Assembly (NCBI GenBank): GCA_964494885.1
Contig: CAZBTH010000004.1
Coordinates: 6,459-70,458 of the forward strand
Length of the DNA: 64,000 bases
Reading direction: 5' to 3'
Source: an uncultured Gammaproteobacteria bacterium
GTDB lineage: Bacteria > Patescibacteriota > Microgenomatia > UBA8517
In this document: one piece after another, positions 26,503 through 35,406 of the stretch
Layout of the letters: the number at the start of each line of letters is the position of its first letter
Position numbering within the stretch: the stretch's first letter is position 1
Notes under the pieces: model-generated
What the model was told of the DNA's origin: nothing
Seen by the model: the letters and a program-made list of their open reading frames with translations, nothing else
The model's database searches: none
Translations under genes and position numbers: made by a program

Positions 26503-27749
26503 TTAAAGTATTCTGTTTCTATATCTCGCGTCTTAATCATAACTCTTTCTTCCATTGTTAACGCAGATAAAAATTTGGCAGGTGGTACTTTTTTTGCCAT
26601 TGCCAATGCGGCAGCCGCCGACAACACCCTATCTGGAATTTGTAACCCAGTAAATACGACCCTGGTAATATTTTTTTCAGAGCCATAATCACTATAAACG
26701 GTCCCAAAATTAGGATTGGCTTCAAGTTCCTGTTTTTCTTTATCCGTCAGTTTAATAAATACAGAATTTGCCCCAACAGCAAATTCCGATGCAATACCAA
26801 TTCCAGATAAAATTTCTGAAAAGCGTGTAGCCGATCGATTCTCACTTTCTGCCTCGACTTGCCAAAGGTTTGTTGTCAAAAATATGCCGGTAACCAAAGA
26901 TAACGGAGAACCCTTGGAAGAGATATGCCCAAAGGCTTTAGCCTCGTCGTGCAACCTTTTGGCGGCGAATTCATCGGAAATACACACCACCTCGGCAAGT
27001 CCCCCTTTTTTGCTAGTTCCCAGAGTAAAGCCGTCAACTCCGATTTTAGTTAAAATATCTAATCCTTCTCCCCAATTGACAAGCGCATTTGCCAACCTCG
27101 CTCCGTCGATCAAAAAAAGACCCTTCCTGTTTTTAACAATACTGATCAGTTCCTTCACTTGGTCTAATGACGGAACAACGCCTTCGTTCGATGGAATTGC
27201 CATCTGAAAAATGAACTCTCCTTCTAGCGTCCCAACGGTTGCTTCCAAATCTGCCGGGTCAATAATGCCGTTGTTTTTTCTTGAAGGAATTAAAACCAAA
27301 TCTCCTTCTTTGACTCCGGCCTTACGCAACATCTCCCCCTCGAGAACTACTGTATGTTCGGTTTCACAAGCAACCAACTTTAATGCTTCTTTATAATTTC
27401 TGGAATTAACAAAGCTAGCAATTAAATCTAGATTGGCAGCTGTTCCAGTCGGAACGATCACCGCATCCCTTGCTTCTGTCAAGTTAACAATTTCTTTTAC
27501 GACCTGTTGGGTAATTGGATCTTCATCGTAGCCATGCCCTGAATTAATATCTCCCGTTGAGACCTTGGCAAGATATTTATCAAGCACATACCTTGAAAAT
27601 GAACCCAACATCTGCGGTCCAACATATTCAGACAGGTGATTCACACTGACATCGGCACTTGCCAACTTTAAATAACCGTCAAGACAAAATTTCACTTGAT
27701 GAATAACATCTTTGCCGGCTCGACGGAATTCCCCTAATTCATTGGCCAT
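26499..27749 (-). CDS. PLP-dependent threonine-aldolase-like enzyme
   Basis: GYDEDP, PTGTAAN, H..E, IDGARLANA, GTSKKG. Confidence 0.75.
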   Translation of the reverse strand: MANELGEFRRAGKDVIHQVKFCLDGYLKLASADVSVNHLSEYVGPQMLGSFSRYVLDKYLAKVSTGDINSGHGYDEDPITQQVVKEIVNLTEARDAVIVPTGTAANLDLIASFVNSRNYKEALKLVACETEHTVVLEGEMLRKAGVKEGDLVLIPSRKNNGIIDPADLEATVGTLEGEFIFQMAIPSNEGVVPSLDQVKELISIVKNRKGLFLIDGARLANALVNWGEGLDILTKIGVDGFTLGTSKKGGLAEVVCISDEFAAKRLHDEAKAFGHISSKGSPLSLVTGIFLTTNLWQVEAESENRSATRFSEILSGIGIASEFAVGANSVFIKLTDKEKQELEANPNFGTVYSDYGSEKNITRVVFTGLQIPDRVLSAAAALAMAKKVPPAKFLSALTMEERVMIKTRDIETEYFK

Positions 27750-27754
27750 AGTAA

Positions 27755-28984
27755 TTATTTATCAAAAGAGTAGAAGATTCTTGGAAAGTTTTTGTTTAGA
27801 GCCAACACTTCATCTTTTACATTCAGTCCTTTCATTGCCCTATCCATAAGATTGGCTATTTGAACCATTTCATTTTCTTTCATTCCCCGACGGGTTATTT
27901 CCTGTGTTCCTACTCTAATAAACCATCTGCCACCACCTAATTCTTCTCCCTCAAAATTGGTAATGATATTGTTATTAATCAAGTTCTTGTACAGATTCAA
28001 ATGATCACCTTTATTGTCTATAAAAACATGTGTTTGATGATTTTCCGAGTACCTACCAGTGTTTGCTTTTCTAACATCATAGCCCAAACTTTCAAAAGCC
28101 CGTCCAATTGCATTTGAGTTGGAAATAACTTGTTCCGCAAAGGCTTGACCAAACTCCTTCATTTCCAATATCGTTGTCGAAAGGGCAATTAGGTGTGTTG
28201 TATGAGGAGTCGAATAAAGTGACCCATCAATTATTGCGTTTGCTTTGTCTGCAAGTTCTTTATCTCTAAAAGCCACCATCCCTTTATGCGGGCCTGGAAG
28301 AGTCTTATGGGTATTTGCACTAATTACATTTGCTCCTTCTTCCAATGGCGATTGGAACCGCTGCCCCATTATTAAACCCATTGTGTGGCTGGCATCATAA
28401 ATAATAATCGGGTCTTCCCCTATTGCTCTTCTAATTTCTCTTAAATTATGAGGATTAAGGTAGTAAGAGACGTCGAGGTAAAGTGCTTTTGCGTTACTTT
28501 CTTTAAATTTATTGGCTATTTTTTCTACGTCAAAACTAAGCGTGCTCATATTAAAATCTGCAAATACATGCTTCCTACCAGTTCTTTCGAGAATTCCCTC
28601 GGTAGCAAAATGCCCTCCGTATTCATGGGGAACCGTCATAACCACATCACCAGGATTTGTTGTCGAAAGGATTGATGACATCATGGCGTGAACCCCGGAA
28701 AGTACATTTAAATTAACATCGGCCGCATGAAGCATGTCTTTCGCAGCTTCTTTTGCCGCAACAATAATATCATTAACACTTTTTAAGCCCAGTCCTACAA
28801 AAGACCCCGCCTCAACTATGCCACTTTCATTTCCTGGACCAAAAAAATAACGTTCGCTCAGCTTTGACCCCAAAAACATCCTGGCCGTTTTTGACATTTG
28901 GTTTTCGTTGGCAGTCAAATGAAGAAATTCTTTGTTTCTTGTTTCCTCTTTTTTAATCTCGTCTAGATAGTTTCCTATATCCAT
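27755..28984 (-). CDS. SHMT-fold PLP enzyme (divergent GlyA or threonine-transaldolase-like)
   Basis: LHLTANEN, GGHF, YDASH, NTHKTLPGPHKG, IRVGTQEITRRG. Confidence 0.85.
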   Translation of the reverse strand: MDIGNYLDEIKKEETRNKEFLHLTANENQMSKTARMFLGSKLSERYFFGPGNESGIVEAGSFVGLGLKSVNDIIVAAKEAAKDMLHAADVNLNVLSGVHAMMSSILSTTNPGDVVMTVPHEYGGHFATEGILERTGRKHVFADFNMSTLSFDVEKIANKFKESNAKALYLDVSYYLNPHNLREIRRAIGEDPIIIYDASHTMGLIMGQRFQSPLEEGANVISANTHKTLPGPHKGMVAFRDKELADKANAIIDGSLYSTPHTTHLIALSTTILEMKEFGQAFAEQVISNSNAIGRAFESLGYDVRKANTGRYSENHQTHVFIDNKGDHLNLYKNLINNNIITNFEGEELGGGRWFIRVGTQEITRRGMKENEMVQIANLMDRAMKGLNVKDEVLALNKNFPRIFYSFDK

Positions 28985-28989
28985 AACTG

Positions 28990-29922
28990 TTATTTTAATT
29001 CTTTATCCGATTTTTTACTATCCCCCAGTCGCTGAGTAGAACTAATCTTTTGTCCCAAGCTGTTAAACGAGGAAAATAGATTCCCCATCATGTTGTAGGC
29101 GTTGTTCAAGTGTTTTTGGAGAGTTGAAAGATTTTCTTCAACCTTTCCATAATCCGTTTGAATGGCCCGAAGTATCCTAAACACTTCTTTGGATTTTGCT
29201 TCCAAATCTTTTCCCTCAAACGAAAGAAGAAGGACTTGAAGATGTGCATATAGGGTGTTCGGAGAAACCGGATAAACCCGTGATCTACGAGCAAACGTTG
29301 AAAGTTCTGGAATATTCACCGCCTCGTAATAAACCGCCTCGGACGGAATATACATTAAGGCAAAGTCCATTGTCCCCTCATCCGGCAAGATGTATTTACG
29401 ACTTATATCTTCTATATGTTTCTTTACATCGATAATAAATTGTTTCTTGGCAAAATTTCTCTCAACTTCAGTTTCCCCTTTATGCATTAAGTTAAAATTT
29501 TCCATTGGGAATTTTGAGTCGATACACAGTAGGCCCGCGTCGGTTTTTAGTACCGCATCCACTTTTACGCCGCTCTTGAAGGCATATTGGAGATGGAAAG
29601 CATTTTTGGGAAAAGTCTGGCCTATCATCTCTTTCAGAACCTCCTCCCCCAAGCCCCCACGAAGTTTTGGTGATTGCAAAAAATCCTGCAAAGTACGAAT
29701 TCCTTTTCCAATCTCACTCATCTCACCCAAACTTCTTTGCAATTGACTTATTGTGTGGGTGGCACCATCCAACCTTTCGTTAAAAGATTTACTCTGTCCT
29801 TCCATTCGGACATTGGTTGACTTAAGCCACTCAACTATTTCATTTGAAGGTCTCTTGTTTACCGTTAGATATATAAGTACAACAAGCGCTATTAATACTA
29901 TAATGAGTAATGCGAGTTCCAC
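28990..29922 (-). CDS. rmuC: DNA recombination protein RmuC
   Basis: KLRGGLGE, IDSKFP, ISRKYI, DFALMYIPSE. Confidence 0.92.
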   Translation of the reverse strand: MELALLIIVLIALVVLIYLTVNKRPSNEIVEWLKSTNVRMEGQSKSFNERLDGATHTISQLQRSLGEMSEIGKGIRTLQDFLQSPKLRGGLGEEVLKEMIGQTFPKNAFHLQYAFKSGVKVDAVLKTDAGLLCIDSKFPMENFNLMHKGETEVERNFAKKQFIIDVKKHIEDISRKYILPDEGTMDFALMYIPSEAVYYEAVNIPELSTFARRSRVYPVSPNTLYAHLQVLLLSFEGKDLEAKSKEVFRILRAIQTDYGKVEENLSTLQKHLNNAYNMMGNLFSSFNSLGQKISSTQRLGDSKKSDKELK

Positions 29923-30260
29923 GACATAAGTATATCAGGCATACGGAGCAAAAACTAAAGCGTAAAAATTTCTTCCCCACCCTATTGGTCACAATTTTAT
30001 TGTGGCTGGCGACTTTCGGAATCGTTTACTTTATTGACCCCGGAACCTTTGGCGCAACACCGATATTTTTTATAATAGTTTTTTTTACACTTCTTTTTAC
30101 TTTCTCTTTATTATTTGCAAGCTCTCGCCGCGGAATGACTTTCAGCGTTGCCCTCTTACTCTTCCTCTTGCTATCATATTTGGGTGTCGGAAATATTCTG
30201 AATTTGATTTTGATTGTTGCAATTGTGGTTAGTATCGAGCTATATTTCAGCCTTAAATGA
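29910..30260 (+). CDS. Small multi-TM membrane protein
   Basis: Four hydrophobic segments; start uncertain. Confidence 0.65.
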   Translation: MRVPRHKYIRHTEQKLKRKNFFPTLLVTILLWLATFGIVYFIDPGTFGATPIFFIIVFFTLLFTFSLLFASSRRGMTFSVALLLFLLLSYLGVGNILNLILIVAIVVSIELYFSLK

Positions 30261-30538
30261 ATCACGTTAGAAATCACAATTTCCAATATGTATACGTTTT
30301 AAGAAGCGTGAAGTCGGGTAAATGGTATATTGGTTGTACAAAAGATCTCCGAAAACGTTTCATGGAACACCAAGACAACAAATCAACATACACTAAAGGT
30401 AGAGGGCCTTTTGAACTTATTTATTATGAAGCAAGCCTCAACAAACTCGATGGATTTGCTCGAGAAAAATATCTTAAGACAGGAATGGGAAGAAGGTATT
30501 TAAATAATAGGCTGAAACGTTTTCTATTTCTAACGTGA
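30257..30538 (+). CDS. Stand-alone GIY-YIG nuclease (~93 aa)
   Basis: YVYVL...WYIGCT.DL.KRF.EH...ELIYYE...AREKYLK. Confidence 0.93.
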   Translation: MNHVRNHNFQYVYVLRSVKSGKWYIGCTKDLRKRFMEHQDNKSTYTKGRGPFELIYYEASLNKLDGFAREKYLKTGMGRRYLNNRLKRFLFLT

Positions 30539-30539
30539 T
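30261..30539. mobile_element. Putative mini-element: GIY-YIG gene between 14-bp perfect inverted repeats
   Basis: ATCACGTTAGAAAT (30261-30274) and ATTTCTAACGTGAT (30526-30539); ATGAA repeated at 30257 and 30538. Confidence 0.65.
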
Positions 30540-30864
30540 GAACCCCTCCTTGAAACGTCAACTCCTCAAAACATTTGCACAAATGATCGACGACCTGAAG
30601 GATCCAAAAGAAGTGGAAAGCTTCCTGACCGACTTTTTTGATGAGGCGGAGCTCGAAAAATATGTTAAAAGAATTTCAATCGCCTATTGGTTGAAAAAGG
30701 GACGGGACTCGGAAAACATCAAAAGGAATTTATCGGCAACTTCAAAAGAAATAACCGACACTGAAAAATCTTTAAAAAAAGAAGGAATCAAGCTTGCCCT
30801 CAAAAAGATTGAGGCGGAAGAATGGGCAAATCAATGGGTGGAAAAAATTAGAAAGTTCAAATAG
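30538..30864 (+). CDS. TrpR/YerC-like protein
   Basis: FLTDFF..AE....KR.SIAYWL..G. Confidence 0.7.
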   Translation: MNPSLKRQLLKTFAQMIDDLKDPKEVESFLTDFFDEAELEKYVKRISIAYWLKKGRDSENIKRNLSATSKEITDTEKSLKKEGIKLALKKIEAEEWANQWVEKIRKFK

Positions 30865-30903
30865 TTGAATTGTGTATCCAATAACTGTTAATATCGTACA
30901 ACC

Positions 30904-31260
30904 ATGGAAAAAGTAATCACGACTTTAGAAGTATTCGGTACAGGAAAAACCGAAGCGCCCTTTACCACAGGTTCCAATGTGGTGTCTGATGATTTCCTCA
31001 AAGGAATTGTTGTTGATCACAATTTGGAAATAAATTATTTTGTTTGGAAAAGCGGTATTTATAGCGTAATGGTAACAGACGACGAAATATCTATTAGCCA
31101 TACTGGGAGGAGAGTCCAAACGTTTGACGGACAAGGGATAGGGAGCGAAGCTACTACTTTTGGTTATCTTGACCTAGAGAAAACTTTCATGGAAACTGTA
31201 GATTTAACGACCAGTCTCCAAAGAGTATTACCCAACCATAAAATCAAACCTGAAATATAA
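30904..31260 (+). CDS. Hypothetical protein
   Basis: 118-aa ORF. Confidence 0.55.
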   Translation: MEKVITTLEVFGTGKTEAPFTTGSNVVSDDFLKGIVVDHNLEINYFVWKSGIYSVMVTDDEISISHTGRRVQTFDGQGIGSEATTFGYLDLEKTFMETVDLTTSLQRVLPNHKIKPEI

Positions 31261-31300
31261 ATGCTAGCTTCAAACACCCTTCAAGCTGTACAATACGAGT

Positions 31301-32788
31301 ATGGCCAAGAAATACTACATTACGACCACGGCTCCTTACGTAAATAGTGACCCGCACATTGGTTTTGCGTTGGAAATAATCCAGGCAGATGTGCTCGCCC
31401 GCTACCACTCGCAATTGGGAGATGAAGTCTTTTTCAACACAGGAACAGACGAACACGGCAAAAAGATTTACGAAAAGGCGCTTGAGGAAGGAAAAGACCC
31501 CCAAACATATGTCGACGAGTATGCGGCTAAGTTTGATAATTTAAAAAAAGGCTTAAATCTTTCGTATAACAGTTTTTGGCGCTCAACTAACCCCAAACAC
31601 ATTGAGGCAGCACAAGAAATGTGGAAGCGGGTTGATGCGGCCGGGTTTATAGAAAAAGGAATTTATAAAGCAAAATATTGTGTGGGTTGTGAGTTGGAAA
31701 AAACCGATTCTGACCTGGTCGACGGCAAATGTCCGCTCCATCCAAATAAAGAGATCGAGTTGATTGAAGAGGAAAATTATTTCTTTAAGTTTTCAAAACT
31801 TCAGGACAAAATATTAAAGCATTTTGATAGATTTCCGGATTTCGTAGTTCCGGAACACAGACTTAAAGAAATCCGAAATTTTGTTGAAGCCGGTTTGAGC
31901 GACTTCAGCATCAGTAGAATCAAAGAAAAGATGCCTTGGGGGGTCCCGGTTCCCGGAGACGAAAAACAGGTAATGTATGTTTGGTTTGACGCTTTAACAT
32001 ATTATATTTCCGCACTTGGGTGGCCGAATGATGAGGAAAAATTTGAAGAATTTTGGGGAACCAAAGACTCGCCCAACGCCATTCAAGTAGCAGGCAAGGA
32101 CAATCTAAGACAGCAATCTTCTATGTGGCAGACAATGTTGATTGCCGCAGGTCTACCCCCGTCAAGGCAAATATTTATTCATGGATTTATAACCAGTAAC
32201 GGCCAGAAAATGAGTAAATCTTTAGGAAACGTTATCAATCCATTTGATTATGTTGAAAAATATGGGACAGACCCGCTCCGCTATTATTTGTTAGCAAAAA
32301 TAAGTCCTTCAGAAGACAGCGATTTTACCAAAGAAAAATTTGAAGAAACTTACAACGCAGACCTGGCAAACGGATTAGGCAATCTAGTAGCAAGATGTGC
32401 CAAACTTTGCGAAAAGGTGAAAATCTCAGAAACACCGGGGATCAATAAGCTTATAACCGAAGTTTCTTTTATCCAAGGCAAAACGCTTGTGAAAACAAAA
32501 ACTTCATATTCAGACGCAATCGAAAATTACAGATTTGATGAGGCACTTAAGCTGGTTTGGGATGAGATAAAAATAACTGACCAATATATAAACGACTACG
32601 AACCTTGGACTTTAAGTGGAGATGACCTGACGAAAATTATGCAGGTTGCCGTTGATTCGATAAAGATTATAACAACCAAATTAAGACCTTTTCTTCCTGA
32701 GACGTCACAAAAAATAGAAGAACAATTTAAAGGTTTAAAAATAAAATCCGATAAACCATTATTTCCCCGTCTTCCCGTAACACTTTAA
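31301..32788 (+). CDS. metG: Methionyl-tRNA synthetase (short form)
   Basis: YITT.APYVN, HIGF, GTDEHG, YVWFDAL, KMSKS. Confidence 0.97.
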   Translation: MAKKYYITTTAPYVNSDPHIGFALEIIQADVLARYHSQLGDEVFFNTGTDEHGKKIYEKALEEGKDPQTYVDEYAAKFDNLKKGLNLSYNSFWRSTNPKHIEAAQEMWKRVDAAGFIEKGIYKAKYCVGCELEKTDSDLVDGKCPLHPNKEIELIEEENYFFKFSKLQDKILKHFDRFPDFVVPEHRLKEIRNFVEAGLSDFSISRIKEKMPWGVPVPGDEKQVMYVWFDALTYYISALGWPNDEEKFEEFWGTKDSPNAIQVAGKDNLRQQSSMWQTMLIAAGLPPSRQIFIHGFITSNGQKMSKSLGNVINPFDYVEKYGTDPLRYYLLAKISPSEDSDFTKEKFEETYNADLANGLGNLVARCAKLCEKVKISETPGINKLITEVSFIQGKTLVKTKTSYSDAIENYRFDEALKLVWDEIKITDQYINDYEPWTLSGDDLTKIMQVAVDSIKIITTKLRPFLPETSQKIEEQFKGLKIKSDKPLFPRLPVTL

Positions 32789-32808
32789 TGATCTAGATCA
32801 TTAAAGTG
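32781..32808. repeat. Perfect palindrome CACTTTAATGA-TCTAGA-TCATTAAAGTG (extends to 32 bp)
   Basis: Contains the metG stop codon. Confidence 0.85.
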
Positions 32809-32903
32809 TTGAAATAATAAACTACACAGAATGAGGAACTACACTGAAGAAATGACCGCACAACACCACACCGAACATAGAATGTGGAGCAAGAGAAGGC
32901 AAT

Positions 32904-34394
32904 ATGCGTAACTTTATCATTAAGCACGAAAAAGGCATTTTGAGGGCCTTGGAAATTTTACCCGGGTTTGTCTCCTGGAATCTTATCCTCTTCCCCTACT
33001 GGGGAATTCTGGTTGTCCCCGTTGTCGTTGCCTACTTTATACTTTTTTTCAATATTTATTGGTTTTATCAATCGCTCCAGATCGCAATTTCCTCGATCGT
33101 CTCACACCTTAAAATCCAATCAGCAAAAATTTACGATTGGATGGGAGACGTACGGGGATTTCCCGATTGGGAAAGAGTCAGGCATATTGTAATAATTCCA
33201 ACATATAACGAGCCAATTCGCATTTTGGAAAGGACCCTCAAGTCTCTTTCCGATCAGGAATTTCCGACCAAACACATAATCCCGGTCTTTGCCATGGAAG
33301 GAAAAGAGACGAGGGAATCGCGAAACGCTAAAAGCAAAGAGTTAAAAGCTAAGTTTGGGAAATATTTCGATCATATATTTGTAACCACCCACGAGCTGGA
33401 AATGGGAGAGGTTGCAGGGAAAGCCAGTAACGAAAGATTTGCGGCCATCTGGATCAAGAAAAATTATATTGATCTAAATAATATGGATATTAATTATGTA
33501 ACAATAACCAGTTGCGATGCCGATCATAAGTTTCATCCTAAACATTTTGCAAATTTAACATACAAATTCCTGGACAACCCCAAAAGGTACAAAACTTTTT
33601 GGCAGCCGGCTGTCATGTTTTATAACAATATATGGGAAATTCCGGCAATTACCCGCGTCCCAAACACCTTGATGACAATTTGGAATCTTTCACTCCTCCC
33701 CAGACACGACAGACTTATTAATGCTCAAAATTACTCGCTTTCCTTTAAACTCCTTGATTCTGTGGGCTATTGGGATCCGGATAAAATTCCGGAAGACTGG
33801 GGAATTTTCTTTAAGGCGTTTTATAAGAGCGGTGGCGGAATCGAAGTGGAGCCGATTTATTTACCGCTTATGGCCGATGCGGCCCAGTCTTCTTCTTTTT
33901 GGAAAACCCTGCAAAATCAGTATCAACAAATTCAAAGATGGGCCTGGGGGGTAAGCGACGATCCATGGATTATAAAAAGTTACTTGCTTGCTCGGGACGT
34001 TCCGTTTTGGGACAAAACCACCCGCCTATTTCAGGTGATTTGGGCGCATTTCTTATGGCCCGTTAACTGGTTTATCATCACGATCGGTTTAACTCTTCCA
34101 ACCTTATTGAATCCCGCTTTTGGTAGAACTGCGTTAGGCTACACTGTTCCCAAACTCTCGTCTTTTATTCTTACCGTCTCCCTCATTTTCCTGGTCATCA
34201 TGCTCGTAATCGATAATATTCAAAAACCGGCAAGGCCAAAAGAAGTTTCCGTCTGGAGACAAATTTTTACACCATTTGAATTTATATTAATGCCGATTGC
34301 CGGGTTTTTCTTTTCCGCCCTCCCCGGCATCGATGCACACACCCGCCTAATGCTCGGCAAATACATCGAGTACAGGGTGACAGAGAAAGTGTAG
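32904..34394 (+). CDS. Membrane GT2 glycosyltransferase
   Basis: IPTYNE, GKASN, DAD, PED, QIQRW. Confidence 0.9.
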   Translation: MRNFIIKHEKGILRALEILPGFVSWNLILFPYWGILVVPVVVAYFILFFNIYWFYQSLQIAISSIVSHLKIQSAKIYDWMGDVRGFPDWERVRHIVIIPTYNEPIRILERTLKSLSDQEFPTKHIIPVFAMEGKETRESRNAKSKELKAKFGKYFDHIFVTTHELEMGEVAGKASNERFAAIWIKKNYIDLNNMDINYVTITSCDADHKFHPKHFANLTYKFLDNPKRYKTFWQPAVMFYNNIWEIPAITRVPNTLMTIWNLSLLPRHDRLINAQNYSLSFKLLDSVGYWDPDKIPEDWGIFFKAFYKSGGGIEVEPIYLPLMADAAQSSSFWKTLQNQYQQIQRWAWGVSDDPWIIKSYLLARDVPFWDKTTRLFQVIWAHFLWPVNWFIITIGLTLPTLLNPAFGRTALGYTVPKLSSFILTVSLIFLVIMLVIDNIQKPARPKEVSVWRQIFTPFEFILMPIAGFFFSALPGIDAHTRLMLGKYIEYRVTEKV

Positions 34395-34417
34395 CCCCAA
34401 TTTTTAATTTTGAATTA

Positions 34418-35374
34418 TTAATTATTAATTGACTTGTAGTACTCGATCGTTTTTTGAAGACCCTCATCTACTCCAACTACCGGTTTCCAATTTAAAACTC
34501 GTCCGGCTTTAGTTATATCGGGACATCTCTGCATAGGGTCATCTGGCCTAAATTTATTACTAAATACAATTTTTGACTGGGAGCCTGTTAACTCGATAAC
34601 TTTTTTTGCCAATTCCAAAACAGTATATTCTTCGGGATTACCTAAATTAAATATTTCTCCCTTAGTACTATCGCTAAACATTGCTTTTTTGATTCCATCA
34701 ACAAGATCGGTGACATAACCAAAGCTTCTGGTTTGACTTCCATCCCCGTCTATCTTTATGTCTTCATTGTTTATTGCCCAATTAATAAAATTGCTTACAA
34801 CCCGCCCGTCATCTTTTTTCATTTTTGGCCCATATGTGTTAAAAATTCTAACAACCCTTGCATCTAATTTGTATTTATGAAGATAAACGTATGTCGCGGA
34901 TTCGGCAAATCTTTTGCTCTCATCGTAACATGAACGAGGTCCAAAAGAGTTCGAATTCCCCCAATAAGCTTCTTTTTGCGGATGTTCTAGTGGATCACCA
35001 TAAATCTCTGATGTGGAAGCTATCAATATCTTTGCCTTTGATTTTTTGGCTAATTCCAACATATTGATAGTACCCGTAGAATTGACCAAAAGTGTTTCTT
35101 CCGGGTAATTTTGGTAATCAACCGGAGATGCGGGGGAAGCCAGGTGAAATACATAGGAAACACCGCTGAAATGTTGACTGTTAACTGTTGACTGTTGAAT
35201 AACGTCTCCATCAACAAATTCAAAGTTGGGGTTATCTAGAAGGTGTTCTATATTTTTTTTAGATCCTGTTAAGAGATTGTCCAAACATACTACTTTGTAA
35301 TTATTCTCAAGAAGAGAATCGCAAAGATGGGAACCGATGAATCCGGCACCCCCTGTTACCAAAACTTTTTGCAT
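34418..35374 (-). CDS. UDP-glucuronate decarboxylase-like SDR epimerase/dehydratase
   Basis: TGGAGFIGS, HLASPASP, STSEIYG, YDESKR, DDGRVVSNF. Confidence 0.92.
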   Translation of the reverse strand: MQKVLVTGGAGFIGSHLCDSLLENNYKVVCLDNLLTGSKKNIEHLLDNPNFEFVDGDVIQQSTVNSQHFSGVSYVFHLASPASPVDYQNYPEETLLVNSTGTINMLELAKKSKAKILIASTSEIYGDPLEHPQKEAYWGNSNSFGPRSCYDESKRFAESATYVYLHKYKLDARVVRIFNTYGPKMKKDDGRVVSNFINWAINNEDIKIDGDGSQTRSFGYVTDLVDGIKKAMFSDSTKGEIFNLGNPEEYTVLELAKKVIELTGSQSKIVFSNKFRPDDPMQRCPDITKAGRVLNWKPVVGVDEGLQKTIEYYKSINN

Positions 35375-35406
35375 ACAGAAAGATTATAGCTTAATATTAG
35401 ATAGTA

